Assembly: GCF_001194135.2 (NCBI RefSeq)
Contig: NC_068991.1
Coordinates: 9,097,131 to 9,152,858, forward strand
Length of the DNA stretch: 55,728 nucleotides
Source of the DNA: Octopus bimaculoides
Taxonomy: Eukaryota
Direction of reading: 5' to 3'
Below are positions 39,421 through 52,275 of this stretch, piece after piece. The translations under genes and the position numbers were made by a program. Position 1 is the stretch's first letter; each line of letters begins with the position of its first letter. A model generated the notes under the pieces. The model did no database searches. It saw only the letters and a list, made by a program, of their open reading frames with translations, and was not told the DNA's origin.

Positions 39421-41834
39421 GAGTGAGTGAATATCCTCCTTAAGGGAAGAAAACGCTTCTAAGTCTATATTCTATTTTTAATTTTTCTTATCTTGAGTGA
39501 TCTTTTTGCTGTGTGAAAGAGCGTATAATGTTTCCATATTTCCATAAAATCCATTTATTAGATATTCTAGGATTTGTAGATAGCGCCATTTCGCCCTCAT
39601 TCAGGGCTCTTCAATACAACATAACTTGAGAACTTTATCGAAATATAAGTGTCTATTACACACTCTCCTTCGCTCTTACGCGCGCCTGTATACATGTGCG
39701 TGTGTATGTACTTGTTTTAAATATGTTTTAAACATGTTCAGATACACCGTTTTATCTTTTTTCATGTTTAGCACTTATGCGGTTAATTTACACTCACAGT
39801 TAGTGTTGTAGAAGATTGCGTGCGCGCTCGCGCACGTGTTACTTTAGCTTCACTCTACTGCTACCTGCAGGCGTCGATAACGTAAAGGTGAACGGAGTTA
39901 TTTCATAAAAAGAGCTGCAATGTAAAATTCGAAGAGCTTCTTTAACGGTCCAAACACAATATCGTTCGTGTTTCATATTTCCTATTTAAAGCACTAAATA
40001 GGAGCTATATGATAGCAAATATTTCTCAGAAACAAGAGTTAACATTAGTTCAAAATTTACTTGAAATCTTCGTGGATTTAAATATATTCAGAGCGATAAT
40101 AAAATTGTATTTACGGTAGCTGTAATTAAAACAGATCAAAGTTTTCCTGTTACAAAATATATATTTCCCTTGAGAAAAATATTGTTTTTGGTACAAACAA
40201 CTACTTAATTCGCACACGTATTATCTTCATCAGTAGGCCACAAGCAATGGGATTTGTTCAAAATATACTCACTGTTAATATAAAGTAAAACTATGTGTGG
40301 TGCTACATCTGACTCAAGACAGAAGACGAGTGGTATGTCTAATGCAGTGAGAAACTTCTACTCAAAAAGATCAAGCGTTGAAGCTGACAGAGATATCTGA
40401 TTCAAATAATTTTGTGTTGTTGGACAGAAGTCACCTGCATTGCTTATATCGCTGGTAAGGAGCTGAAATACCTACACAGTTAATTCAATATCTGACGAGC
40501 ATGTCGACCCCTGCATTCGGAAATGGAATACAGCTACACTCTCAGTGTATAATTATTACCCCAAATATTATATATATATAGCCATATTAACCCCTTTAAT
40601 ACGTACTCCTTCTCCCTTACCCCTCTTCACTTCCTAAATCTAACATTGGTTTAAATGTCACGTCACAACTAAATCGGTTTCAGAATACACTTGGATAACA
40701 AGACTAAAGCCATGATTCTCATATATTTGATTCCTTCCTCTCAAGCACCATTTAGAATGATCGCCTAAGGAATGCTTTCCAACGTATTTAGTTACATCTT
40801 GACAACATTTATTTACATATAATCAAACTTTTTATAATCATTCTACGCTCTCCTCTGATAAGCACGTGTTAATTTCACCTTTTAAATTATAAAACATATT
40901 TTATACATTTATAACACATGTTTCACTAATATTAACTCAAATTCCCAACAACGTATTATGTGATTACAATTTTTTAATTTTTATTTTATGTTGCTATTAG
41001 AAATTGATCTTATTTCTTCTAAAACTTAAGTAGCCAACCTATTTCTGATATTAAATCAGGTTCTTAAATACACCTGATTATAATTTGATAATTTTAACAG
41101 CGCTCATATTTATCTTGTAACTAAATTCCTAGTCGCTCTTCTGCTACTTCTCAACTACAACACAATTATTTTAGCTTTCATACACATCACTTCTACTAAC
41201 CACAACATATTTATAACATTACTCAGAAATTCAGAGAAATGATATATATCATCTGACGGTTTTCTTGCAGAAAACGTCTAGCAACAAAATAAATACTACC
41301 AATTTATCAACACTGCTATAGTTAAATAAATATAATTCTATTTTTATTCTATTTTATTTTCTGTTATTATACTTACAACTCCTACATACACCCAAGAATC
41401 TCATATTTACTCATACTATTTCATTAAATCCCTTCCTCATGAGATGTCCAACTAGACTTTTTAGCAAATATTTTCATTTTTTTTTTCCTTATTATATACT
41501 TTCTCTTGGGTCGCATAATCAAATATTTTATGCTATATCATATTTTTCTTTATCATATTATCCCTCACCATGATTTAAACAGTTGTTTACAGGAGTTATC
41601 TTTGTAGTCTTAACAACAAATACACTCGTAAACAATAGCAGTTAAGCAAATCTCATTGTATAAAAACATTGATCGATGTATATGTTTAATTCATTTAATT
41701 CACGTTACCCCACACCTAAACACACTTTCTATTTCATAATAAATTGTATGCCGTCTTCATTTTAAATATTTCATATGTCATATGAAATATTTCATATATT
41801 TCATATTGTATTTCAAATGAACTGGTAATTTATA

Positions 41835-42541
41835 CATTTCTATCAATATTGGTTTCAAATTTCGGTACAAGGCTAGCAATTGAGGGGATGGAGCTAAGTC
41901 GATTACATTGGCTCCAGTGCTCAACTGGTAATTATTTTATCGACCCTGAAAGGATGAAAGACAAAGTCAACTTTAATGGACTTTGAGCTCAGAACGTACG
42001 AAAATGCCGCTAAGTATTTCGCTCGGCGTGCTAACGACTTTCCCACCTCACCGCCTTCATTTCTATCAATAATGATTTCAAATGTTAGTACAAGGACAAT
42101 AATTTCGGGGAAGAGGCTACGTCGATTGCATCGACCCTAGTACTCAACTGGTATTTATTTTATCGACTCTGAAATGATGAAAGGAAAAGTCAACCTCACT
42201 GAAATTTGACCTCAGAGCATGAAGACGAGCGAAATGCCGTTAAACATCTTGCTCGGCGTGCTAACGATTCTTGGCGGCTCACCGCCTTACAGATTTCCAT
42301 CAATATTGATTTCAAATTTTGGCACAAGGGCAGCAATTTCGTTGGAGGGGTTAAGTCGATTACATCGACACCAGTGCTTAACTAATACTTATTTCATCGA
42401 CGCTGACAGGGATGGAAAGCAAATTCGACCTCGGGGGAATTTGAACTCAGAACGTAAAGATGGACGAAATGCCACAAAGCATTTTGTTCGGCATCCAAAC
42501 GATTTCTACCAGCCCACCATCTTTACACATTTCTATCAATA
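41835..42541 (-). mobile_element. Three head-to-tail SINE family B copies
   Basis: Copies at about 41850-42057, 42072-42290 and 42306-42515, each flanked by CATTTCTATCAATA-like spacers. Confidence 0.9.
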
Positions 42542-42740
42542 TCAAAAAATACAAGACATCACCCCGCTTCTTTTAACTATTCTTTCGATTAAGAAAACCT
42601 TTCTGTTTTGACGAGCTGGCAGAAACGTTAGCACGCCGTTACAACAATATCGCTACTTCCCTACATTAACGTATATGGATGCAGATCCACAACCGTTCTT
42701 ATATAATACACGCACATATGTCTTTTGGTGTGTATGTATT

Positions 42741-42965
42741 CTTTTATTCTTCTACTCTTTTACTTGTTTCAGTCATTTGGCTGTGGCCATGCTGGAGCAC
42801 CGCCTTTAGTCGAGCAAATCGACCCCAGAGCTTATTCTTTGTAAGCCTAGTACTTATTCTATCGGTCTCTTTTGCCGAACCGCTAAGTTACGGGGACGTA
42901 AACACACCAGCATCGGTTGTCAAGCGATGTTGAGGGGGGGGGGGACAAACACAGACACACAAACA

Positions 42966-43007
<42 letters not shown>

Positions 43008-43157
43008 TACATATTTGACGGGCTTCTTCCAGTTTCCGTCTACCAAATCACGAGGCTATAGTAGAAGACACTTGCCCAAGGTGCTACGCAGTAGGACTGA
43101 ACCCAGGACCACGTGGTTGGTAAGCAAGCTACTTACCACACAGCCATTCCTGCGCCT
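42741..43157 (-). mobile_element. SINE family A, full length
   Basis: Reverse strand begins AGGCGCAGGAATGGCTGTGTGGTAAG (A box) and GGTTCAGTCC (B box), then GCACCTTGGGCAAGTG (CORE-like), an internal microsatellite and a GACTGAAACAAGTAAAAG tail. Confidence 0.95.
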
Positions 43158-43769
43158 GTGAATATAAATGTGAGATAATCAAGTGGGTAAATATTGGTCG
43201 ACAGTATCATTTGTGCACCGCATGTTTGCGTGTTTAACTCAGTTAATCTATTTTCCACAATAGAAGAGATTGTATACGAAGACGTATAGCGGGTGACATG
43301 TGATTAAATGGCTTCTTGTACAGGAAAGAATAAAAAAAAAAAAACCCCTTCGTTCACTTCACCACCGTCACTTTTCGCCATACAGCAACCATGTTACAAA
43401 TATCGCAGCACCACTTGGATGCAACACTTCAGCATACCAACGCCTTATAGAACTCAAAACGATATCTCCACCCCCACCACCTTTACCATTATCGCTGTCA
43501 CTACCACCGTCACCATTATAGATCTTTACCGCCAGACAATATAACTGTCAGTTTTCTTTACAAACAATGAAAATGTCCGTTCAAGTAATTATCTTAATTG
43601 GCCTTTGTTGATCAATGTCGCGTTTTTCTATACATTCCTCCCTCCCTTACCCACCCACTGCTAACATACTCCCGTCAATACCTCGCCAGTTCATTACATC
43701 ACCGTGATCAAACTCCAGTTTCTTCGCTCATCCCTCCTCCTCTAAATGCTTCATTATTTTTGAGTAGCT

Positions 43770-43950
43770 TCAACGTGGTCGCTCGGTCTGTGAGAAATAG
43801 CTGTCAAATCTCTCAAAAATCGTATTCTGGTCGTCTTACAAAAGGGGAGAACACGTTAGATAATATACTCCTAGATATATTGTACATGAATAAGAGATGG
43901 AATGATTATGACCAGAAAGATTTTGATCATACATTTACTCAATCAAAACT
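43770..43950 (+). mobile_element. Interspersed repeat family D (SINE-like, GAAATAGC..CAAATCTC...GGGGCTAAACAACAAC tail)
   Basis: Related segments recur at about 2280-2330(-), 12410-12530, 13335-13385, 19075-19240(-), 21290-21440(-), 30050-30100(-), 33770-33880(-) and 44020-44110. Confidence 0.6.
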
Positions 43951-44877
43951 GAGTGGGCGGGGTGCTACGTAAGAACATTGACTCTACCCCCCACCCCAAC
44001 AAGGGAACCGCTAAGTAGTTGCTTAGCTTGCTAGAAAAAGCTGCCAAACCCTCCTCAAATTACAGCCTACTGTCTTAGATAAAGCGATATTGGACAATAA
44101 AGTCCCTGATATACACAAAGCGAGCGTGTAGTACATGCTACCGGGTCACTCTGCATAAGCTAAAGTGTTCAGTGCAGAACCTAGAGAGGGCCTGAAAGGT
44201 GATACGGATACGCATACGTAAAGTGGACCTTAGTGAAAATACTATGCAACCTTTTTTAATTTCTTATCCGTGCAGGACTGTACATCGGACTGTCGTTGAA
44301 TGTTTCTAGTAATACAGCAGTTTTATAATGAGAATAGGTTGCTAACCCAACGTACTGCACATGATCGCCTTGGATCATAGAGCTATTGAATCAGGATTGA
44401 TCTGAGCCAACCAATAACAACTACTACCATTACCATCTAAGCTACCTCTATCCGTAACACCACCGTTAATAATAGCAATGTCGCTACTTCCCTACATGTA
44501 GCTATCTCTCGGTCAACCTCTCTCCACAACTCCATGTTTTCGAGCCAACGAGTAGCCTCTAAGTGGTCACCCGACCTGATAGTTATAGCAACTAGATCTT
44601 GTACAAGTTATATTACACCGCCTTGAAAAGAAAGAGATAGATACATTAGAAAATGTCGTAAATATGCAATAGCCGAGATCAGGACGGGGTAGCCCTAAAT
44701 GGAACGCCTTTGATTACAGATCTGCTTAGAAAGGGTTGATTTGAGGTTTAACAACAACCACAACAACAGCAACTCTATAACTTTGGCAGTAATAACCATA
44801 TCCAGTAACATAGTTACCACAACCACCACCACTACAACAGCCACAACGATATCAGACGGCCAATATGTAGGTAAATT

Positions 44878-45325
44878 AGGGCGGCGAGCTGGCAGAATCG
44901 TTAGCACGTCGGGCAAAATGCTTAGCGACAGTTCCTCCATCTATGCGTTCTGTGTTCAAATTCCGCCGAGGTCGACTTTGCCTTTCATCCTTTCGGCGTC
45001 GATAAAATAAGTACCAGTTGAGCACTGGGGTCGATGTAATCGACTTACCCTTCCTCCGAAATTGCTGGCTTTGTGCCAAAATTTGAAACTAATATGTAGG
45101 TAGATAAGTAAGGTTGCAAGTTGGCAAAATCATTAGCACGCCGGACAAAATACTTAGCGGTATTTCGTCTGTTGCTCCGTTCTGAGTTCAAATTCCGCCG
45201 TGATCGACTTTGCTTTTCATCCTTTCAGGGGTCGATAGAATAAGTACCAGTCGCACACTGGTGCTGATGTAATCGACTTACCCCGTCCTCTGAAATTTCT
45301 GGCCCTGTGCCAAAATTTGAAAGCA
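44878..45325 (+). mobile_element. Two head-to-tail SINE family B copies
   Basis: 44878-45095 (GGCGGCGAGCTGGCAGAATCGTTAGCACG...TGTGCCAAAATTTGAAAC) and 45110-45325. Confidence 0.93.
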
Positions 45326-45499
45326 ATTTGTAAGTATATTAGTATGAGTTGAATAATGAGGATACGAGAGAAAAAAAGCGGAAAATGAAGTGAAAAAGGG
45401 CAAAATAAAAGAAGTTGGATGACAGCCCAGAAAAAGTCAATATAACTTATCGAATATTTAGTGCATAGTTACTGACATGATACATTTTTATGGGTCGGT

Positions 45500-45705
45500 T
45501 TCTTTTATCTTTTGCTTGTTTCAGTCATTGGACTGCAGCCATGCTGGGACACCTCATTGAAGGAGTTTAGTCGAACAAATCGATCGCACTCCTTATTTCT
45601 AAAGTTTGGTATTTATTCTATCATTCTCTTTAACCGAATCGCTAGATTACAGGGGCGTAAACAAACCAATACCGGTTATTAAATGGTATAACCAATACCG
45701 GTTAT
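45500..45705 (-). mobile_element. SINE family A 3' half
   Basis: CTTGTTTCAGTCATTGGACTGCAGCCATGCTGG...TTTATTCTATC...AACCAATACCGGTTAT, the last motif locally duplicated. Confidence 0.8.
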
Positions 45706-46214
45706 CAAATAGCTACTTAACACACAGCTATGCCTAAAAATAAAAGCAAAAAACCCGAAACAATAACGTCAGTGATGCACAAACATATAAAATGGAAAGA
45801 GGACTCGTTCAAAGAGGAGATCTCATATTCTATCATAAGTGCATCTCACAAATACTATTGGGCGTGTCAACAAATAAACTTGATAAAAACATAATTCATT
45901 TTCAACAGATTATGTATCCGGTATATATGTATGTGTGTGTTTGTGTGTGCGTGCGTGTGTATATGTGCATATATGTATGTATGTATGTATGTTTGTACGT
46001 AGCTATCGGCGAGAAGTTCAAAAGAGTGCTCAATGCCAATGGGTAAGTATTATTTATGGCTATGAGAGCTGGAATCTCATATCTAGCTATTCGAATTTCG
46101 CGTTCCTACCCATCATACTTCTAACTCGATACGAAATGCTGGATACTTCGTATCCAGAAACGTGAAACTCAAAAAAAATGTAAGATGCCAGCTTTCGCAA
46201 TCAATTGTGTATGC

Positions 46215-46276
<62 letters not shown>

Positions 46277-46389
46277 ATAGGTGTGTGTGTGTGTGTGAAG
46301 ACGGCACGCGTTAATCTCGAAAACACTGGAGAACGTGTGATAAAGAGCACCCGCTGCAACGATTTGAAGTCCAGTCCTCGTTTCACACA

Positions 46390-47560
46390 GTCGGCCGTGG
46401 ATGTAACTTTATTGTTCTTAAGAGTGATCGTGAGAAGTTGCCAGCTCCCGAAAATCTGTCCATGATCTTCTGTAAGCCTTCTGCTGAGTTTGTAAAGATA
46501 GCTGCATCGTCAGTAAACAGCATGTTTCTAACCTTCTGTAAATAAGATTTGACCTTTAGTTAATTTATTCTGAAGAGTAGCCATCAGACAGTTGAATAGC
46601 ACAAATAATATGCCAATAGTGATGACGTGAAGATACATATTTGCTGAAATCGGTTCTTCCCTCCAAATTCCCGTCATACCGCACAGTGATTATCTTATGC
46701 TTATTAACTTAAGGTAGTCAACTAATGACTAGTAGCAACTGAAACAGATCATTTGTTAATGAAGGCCAGGTACATTAATTAATTTTGCTCTCGTCGCTTT
46801 TCTTCATACTGGCATTGTAAAAATATGTCTATGGCAGCTCTATAGGTGCAGAAACCATATTTCGACTCAAAGATATAGTTTGTCAATTATACTAAAATGA
46901 GATATGCCTCTCTAAACTTCTGTCGCTTTAGTATCCCATCTATCTCGTGGAACTGCACTCATTTTCTAGAAATTAAGAAGTTTGTGGAGATATTCAGGGA
47001 AGATTGGTTCGCCACATTTCAAAATTTCGTCGGGGTTCGATAGGGTTTTGCTTTTTTTTTTTCATGCAAAACCTTCTATCGTAACAATGTGAATGACTAT
47101 TTCAAGTTTGTCTCCAAACTGAACTTTATCTGATGTTCTTTGCACTGAAGAAGAAATCTTCTCAGAGTCTGTTGCATGGAGAGCATCATGTTCAGCTTGT
47201 CTCACTGAAACTTCTATGGTTGCAGCCTGACCTTCAGGCAAACAAGCGAATCGTCTGCATTACAAACTGCACTGTGGTATGTTTTAGTCGGCAAATAATT
47301 TTTGAGATAAGGACACTTGATAGTGACAATGACTATGTTGCGCAAACATTTAGACTGTATCTCCAGGATACTCTATGGTGGCTTTTAAAACCAAAGTAGA
47401 TGTTGGTGACACATAAACTGTGATAAGCACAATTCTAGGAGTTGTTGACTATTGGCCATTATGTTGCCAGTACAATAGTGATCTAAATAAATAGTCCAAG
47501 CCTTCTAGTTTAGCACTGATGTCGCCTATTATGAAGGGCCCTTTTTATTATAAAAGATAT
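46390..47560 (-). mobile_element. RTE-clade (BovB-like) LINE remnant with endonuclease and reverse transcriptase pieces
   Basis: Reverse translation gives endonuclease PFIIGDISAK, GNIMANSQQLLELC and LCVTNIYFGFKSHHRVSWR; RT PDEILKCGEPIFPEYLHKLL, RGISHFSIIDK, REQN*LMYLAFI and VRNMLFTDDAAIFTNSAEGLQKIMDRFS. Many stops and deletions. Confidence 0.92.
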
Positions 47561-49957
47561 TATCTTGATAATAATCTGCTAAGTACTCCCGTACCACTTC
47601 TCTTCTAGTAATGTACAGTTATTGGGCGTTAAATTCATTGTGTTGTTTTTCTTGTTTATTTCTCGTATTACACTTTATGGAATCTATTTCTGCTATATTC
47701 TGGTCCTATACCACAAAGAATATACTAAGACTCAGGCTGCAAATATGTTGACGTAGATAGTCTTGTTACTGAGATAAGATTTTTAAATGTTTTTGAATGT
47801 CAAAATGTTCATTTTTCATTTTCATTTGCAAAACTTTTTTTTACTCATGTCGAAAGCATTTGAAGAAAGCGAAATTTTCCAGGTCCTTTATAATTTCCAT
47901 CTCTGGAATTCTAAACAGCCAGCTCCACTTGTCAGTCTGTCTCATTGTCCTGTCATCTTGTATTTATTCAGTGCAAAGGATGTCTCAATGCCCTCGCCAA
48001 ATTGCTTGACCAACTTGGGGCGGGGTTCATTTGGGACATACAATTTTAGATCCTTCATGAAGATAAAATGGTGGATGGACCTCGTCTTCCCACTTTAGTA
48101 ACCTATAGTATTCCTGTTTTTTTTAAAATTTACTTATTTATTTATTTTCTTTGTTTAAAGGTTTTTGCACCTCGGAATTACTAGCTGACTCGTGAAATAC
48201 ACACACAGACGAAAACCATGAGCGACGAAATAGGGTAAGAATGTATTTTTGGTTGTGTATCCTTCTGATTACAGTTGTATGTTCATATTGTTAACAATAT
48301 TACCCTTGATTTAAGAACTTCACTCTCAGTGATCTAATATCACGTAGTGGCATAATTATAGCTAATAACAGTGGAATAACCACATCTGTGAGTAAAATAG
48401 CAGAACCATAAGTAAGCAAATTAGTAGATTGTGGTTACGGATAGTACCATTTTTGCTTACAAACTTCAGCCGTGCATAGAGTGGTGGAGCGCCAGTCATC
48501 AATAATAAACATTACAGGCACAGTATAATTTAGAAGTGTTTCGTTACCTCGCAAGACTGACTACAAACACTCCCATTGTCATAGTCAGGAGGTGAATGAG
48601 CTTCTTCAGATTGATTTGCTTTGAACATACTTTACGGTAACGAAAAATTTCTTGTGAATAATGCAATATTTGTTGTGTTTTGATACTTACCAAATAGTAA
48701 ACATAAGATAGAGCTTTATATTTCATGTTTTATGCATATGTTGAATCTGATTCTCTTCCATTATTTCGTACCCTGTTAAAGTGTTCTCGGTGTTATTAAA
48801 CGGTTTAAGTCTGTCTGCATTATTCAGTGAGAGTGTTAATTGTACCTAATTTAATCCATGTCTGTCTCAGAGAGAGATCCTTCTTTATAGGTGAAATATG
48901 ATGGAGCTTACTCTTGCTGTCACAGCGATACATTCAAAGGGGATATTGTCAATCCTTGGGTAGAAATTGTAGCCTATTGGGAGCGTTTGTTGTAGTTTAT
49001 TATTATCAACTCTAGTGTATTAAACTACTGCCCTAGTGCTAATAAACAGCCTTGATTGAACAAACTTGCAATCAAAGGCATTTCAACTATGATCAAGCCA
49101 TCTTTTCTTTAGACGCAATGTATCTAGGACTATATAACCTAATGTATCTTTTTTGAGACGGTAGAATGTAATTTGAGGAATATGTGACTGATATTGGTAG
49201 TAGCCTCTTAATGGCTCTTCCGTTGTGGATTTTAATCTAGGAGAAAGTTTTTTCTTGACACAGAATGGGATATTACTGATAGACAACTACTTGGTTTCCA
49301 TATTTAGAATCATATAAACTTAATCACTGAGAGGTAAGTGTTTGTGATATGGTAGAGGCCTCAGCGTTGTTCGTGACGTAAAAACACCGAACTTGATTCA
49401 GCTGTGATTCTTGACAATCCGCAATTAATCAATTAAAATAATTTCATTTCCACAATTTAACTTAAAATTTATTACTCCAGCATTCAGTTAGTCACTAACA
49501 AAACTGATATTTCATTTAATTTTGCGTTTCCATTTCGAAGTCACTGAACAGTGACCCACATTTCCTGGAATTATATTATATTATATTACGGGTTGCAACT
49601 ACAGACTGAAGATAATATATCATTACAGCTCATATTTCACTCTATAAAATCTGTCATCGCAGAATATAGGTGACTGTAGTCAAATTTCTCGAACGTATTG
49701 TACGCTTAGGATGAAAGTTAATTACATCGACAAACACATCATATACTAGGAACACTAAAATGTGCTGTTTTTGACTGCCCTTAATTGAAACAAGCCACGA
49801 AAGTACTCTTGTTGTAAACTCAGACCGCTTCTTCCTCACATTTTACTTCCTACTCGTTATACAGCTTTCACACTACTCGCACCACTGTTTACTGGCTACA
49901 TCTTCCCTCTCTTCTCTCTCTTTTCTGTCTCTCTCTCTATATATATGTATCTATCTT

Positions 49958-49995
<38 letters not shown>

Positions 49996-50116
49996 CTCTC
50001 TGTTTCTGGTCACATCAGCTTGTCTACATCACTCCTTTACTACATCCATTTTCTCATTCGCAATTTTGCGCCATGGATAATACGATCTATATTTATTAGC
50101 CCTCTTTCTCTCTCCC

Positions 50117-50169
<53 letters not shown>

Positions 50170-50364
50170 AATCTTTCTCTCTCACACTGAAGAACGACTT
50201 TGTCCGAAACGTTAGATTCTTTCACTCTACACGGTTAACCAATTCAATAAACTCTTCTATACAATTACTTATGGATTGATTTCTTTTTGCCCATTTCCAC
50301 GGATTCTAAATTATGCCGACCAAATTACATTTGTTGGATTGAATGCAGAAATGTAACGTTCAGA

Positions 50365-50403
<39 letters not shown>

Positions 50404-51859
50404 CAACACTCATCATGTCCACGATCAAGGTTTTCAGCAGGTTGATTACTAATACTATTCATGGTTAACTTTGAGTGTGTTTGAGTTCTAATCACTTCCA
50501 CGGTGACTGGCACGCAACGGCAGGATTTGAATTCCGAGTACAAAGGGCCGGATAAAGTACCGCAAACAATCCTGTCCGAACCTCTAACGATTCTACCTGC
50601 ACCGAAACTAGTGTGTTCGGACTGTACTGAAGCGGTGATTTGCGGTCTTCCGGTCGTCATACTCGTTAGATATGTTCTCAAAAGGAGTTTCAGAACTCTA
50701 AACAGTACAGCTAAATATTTGTACTTTGGTCTTCGGAGGAAAAAACCTTATTCCACACTTCTCACGTTCACGTTGAAAGAATAACTGCCATAAGTTAATT
50801 AGCAAGTTATTTTTAATGGATTGGCCTTCGATCCAGGTGGAAGATTTGTATCTGATCACCTCATAGTTATAGAAACTGACTTGAATCACCGGCTCAATAG
50901 ATAACTGTGGTTCCTGTAAGAGTTAACATCATATACAAAGCTGGTTTCTCATATTCCTATCGAAACGTAGTCACGTTGATCCAATTGTCTTCCAGAAGAT
51001 GAGATAAAATAATCGAATCCAGTATTGGAAAAACGTCTAATTCCAGTGCTATATTATCGATTATGGTGATGTAACTATTTGCCTTCAATTAATATTGTAT
51101 CCGCATCATCTAAACGCTTAAGAAGATAATTTGAAAGTGGTAAATTAAAATGCGAAGTTCCTCTTGATAATTGGAACCTCATTAAATTATTGGCAATAAT
51201 AAAACCAATGACGGACTTTTGTCTATGCATATAGAGGTCACTGTATATAATAAACAAGCACAAATACACATACAAACACATAGAAATGTGCACACACTCT
51301 AACATAAACACACATGTACATGTACTCACATACTCTCTCGCTCTATTTCTCTCTCCTGGAGGGATGGTTATGTTTGCATATATATATATATATATATACA
51401 TATTATAAAGTGTAAAGCTATCTTTAAACGCGCGCATGCGTATGCATGTACATTGTAACTATTGTTGCCTTGTTGTATCTATTGTCATCGCTGTCATCGT
51501 TGTTGATTAGGCTCTTGTTTTTTTTTTATTATTAATGTTGTTATTGCTTATATCGATGTTTTATTTTAATATAGCTATTTAAATTGTTATTTCCCCTTTT
51601 CAGTGTTTTTGTTGCTGTTGCTATTGTTATGATATTTTCCTTGTCGTCCGTCATTGTAGTGCTGGGAAGGTAATTATTGCTAAAAGGGTGATAATGTTAG
51701 TGTGTCAGCTCTCTTGTCTTTTCTTCTTTTTTTTTTTTTTTGCTTTCTTTTTGTTTTCTATGGGGTGTGTTTTGGTGCTGATGGCAGTAATTGGAAAAAT
51801 ACATTCATTTCAATGAATACCAGCAGCATACTACACACTGACGACCGTTGACTGAACAC

Positions 51860-52035
51860 TATTCAATTTTTTTTCTCCGTGTTTTTCTCCTTGTCTCCGT
51901 ATTCTTTCTGTTGAAGAGCGTAGCTCGAAACGTCAAAGACTTTCCGTATTCCCGAGCGTCATACTAATATATACTTTTGTTATTTACACCACCTGTCCTC
52001 GTCTGTTGTTATTATTTGTATATTCTCCCATATAT
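51860..52035 (+). mobile_element. Penelope-like terminal repeat fragment containing a minimal hammerhead-like motif (51903-51939)
   Basis: TCTTT-CTGTTGA-A-GAGC-GTA-GCTC-GAA-ACGT-C-AAAGA. The Penelope assignment is inferred from this architecture. Confidence 0.55.
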
Positions 52036-52240
52036 ATANNNNNNNNNNNNNNNNNNNNNNNNNNNNNNNNNNNNNNNNNNNNNNNNNNNNNNNNNNNNNN
52101 NNNNNNNNNNNNNNNNNNNNNNNNNNNNNNNNNNNNNNNNNNNNNNNNNNNNNNNNNNNNNNNNNNNNNNNNNNNNNNNNNATATATATATGTATGTATA
52201 TATATATGTATATATATGAAATATAAAAATATATATATAT

Positions 52241-52275
<35 letters not shown>

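Noticed and set aside
40293-40454. Possible two mini-exons (MCGATSDSRQKTS / EVTCIAYIAG)
   Set aside because: Splice-like motifs of this strength are expected by chance; no homology.
41764-41792. Perfect 14-bp-arm AT-rich palindrome
   Set aside because: Lies within local ATATTTCAT repeats; easily explained by slippage.
41835-42541. Repeat-spacer periodicity reminiscent of a CRISPR array
   Set aside because: The intervening units are homologous SINEs, the DNA is eukaryotic and there are no cas genes.
42609-42640. TGACGAGCTGGCAGAAAC resembling a hammerhead core
   Set aside because: It is the A-box region of a truncated family B SINE head.
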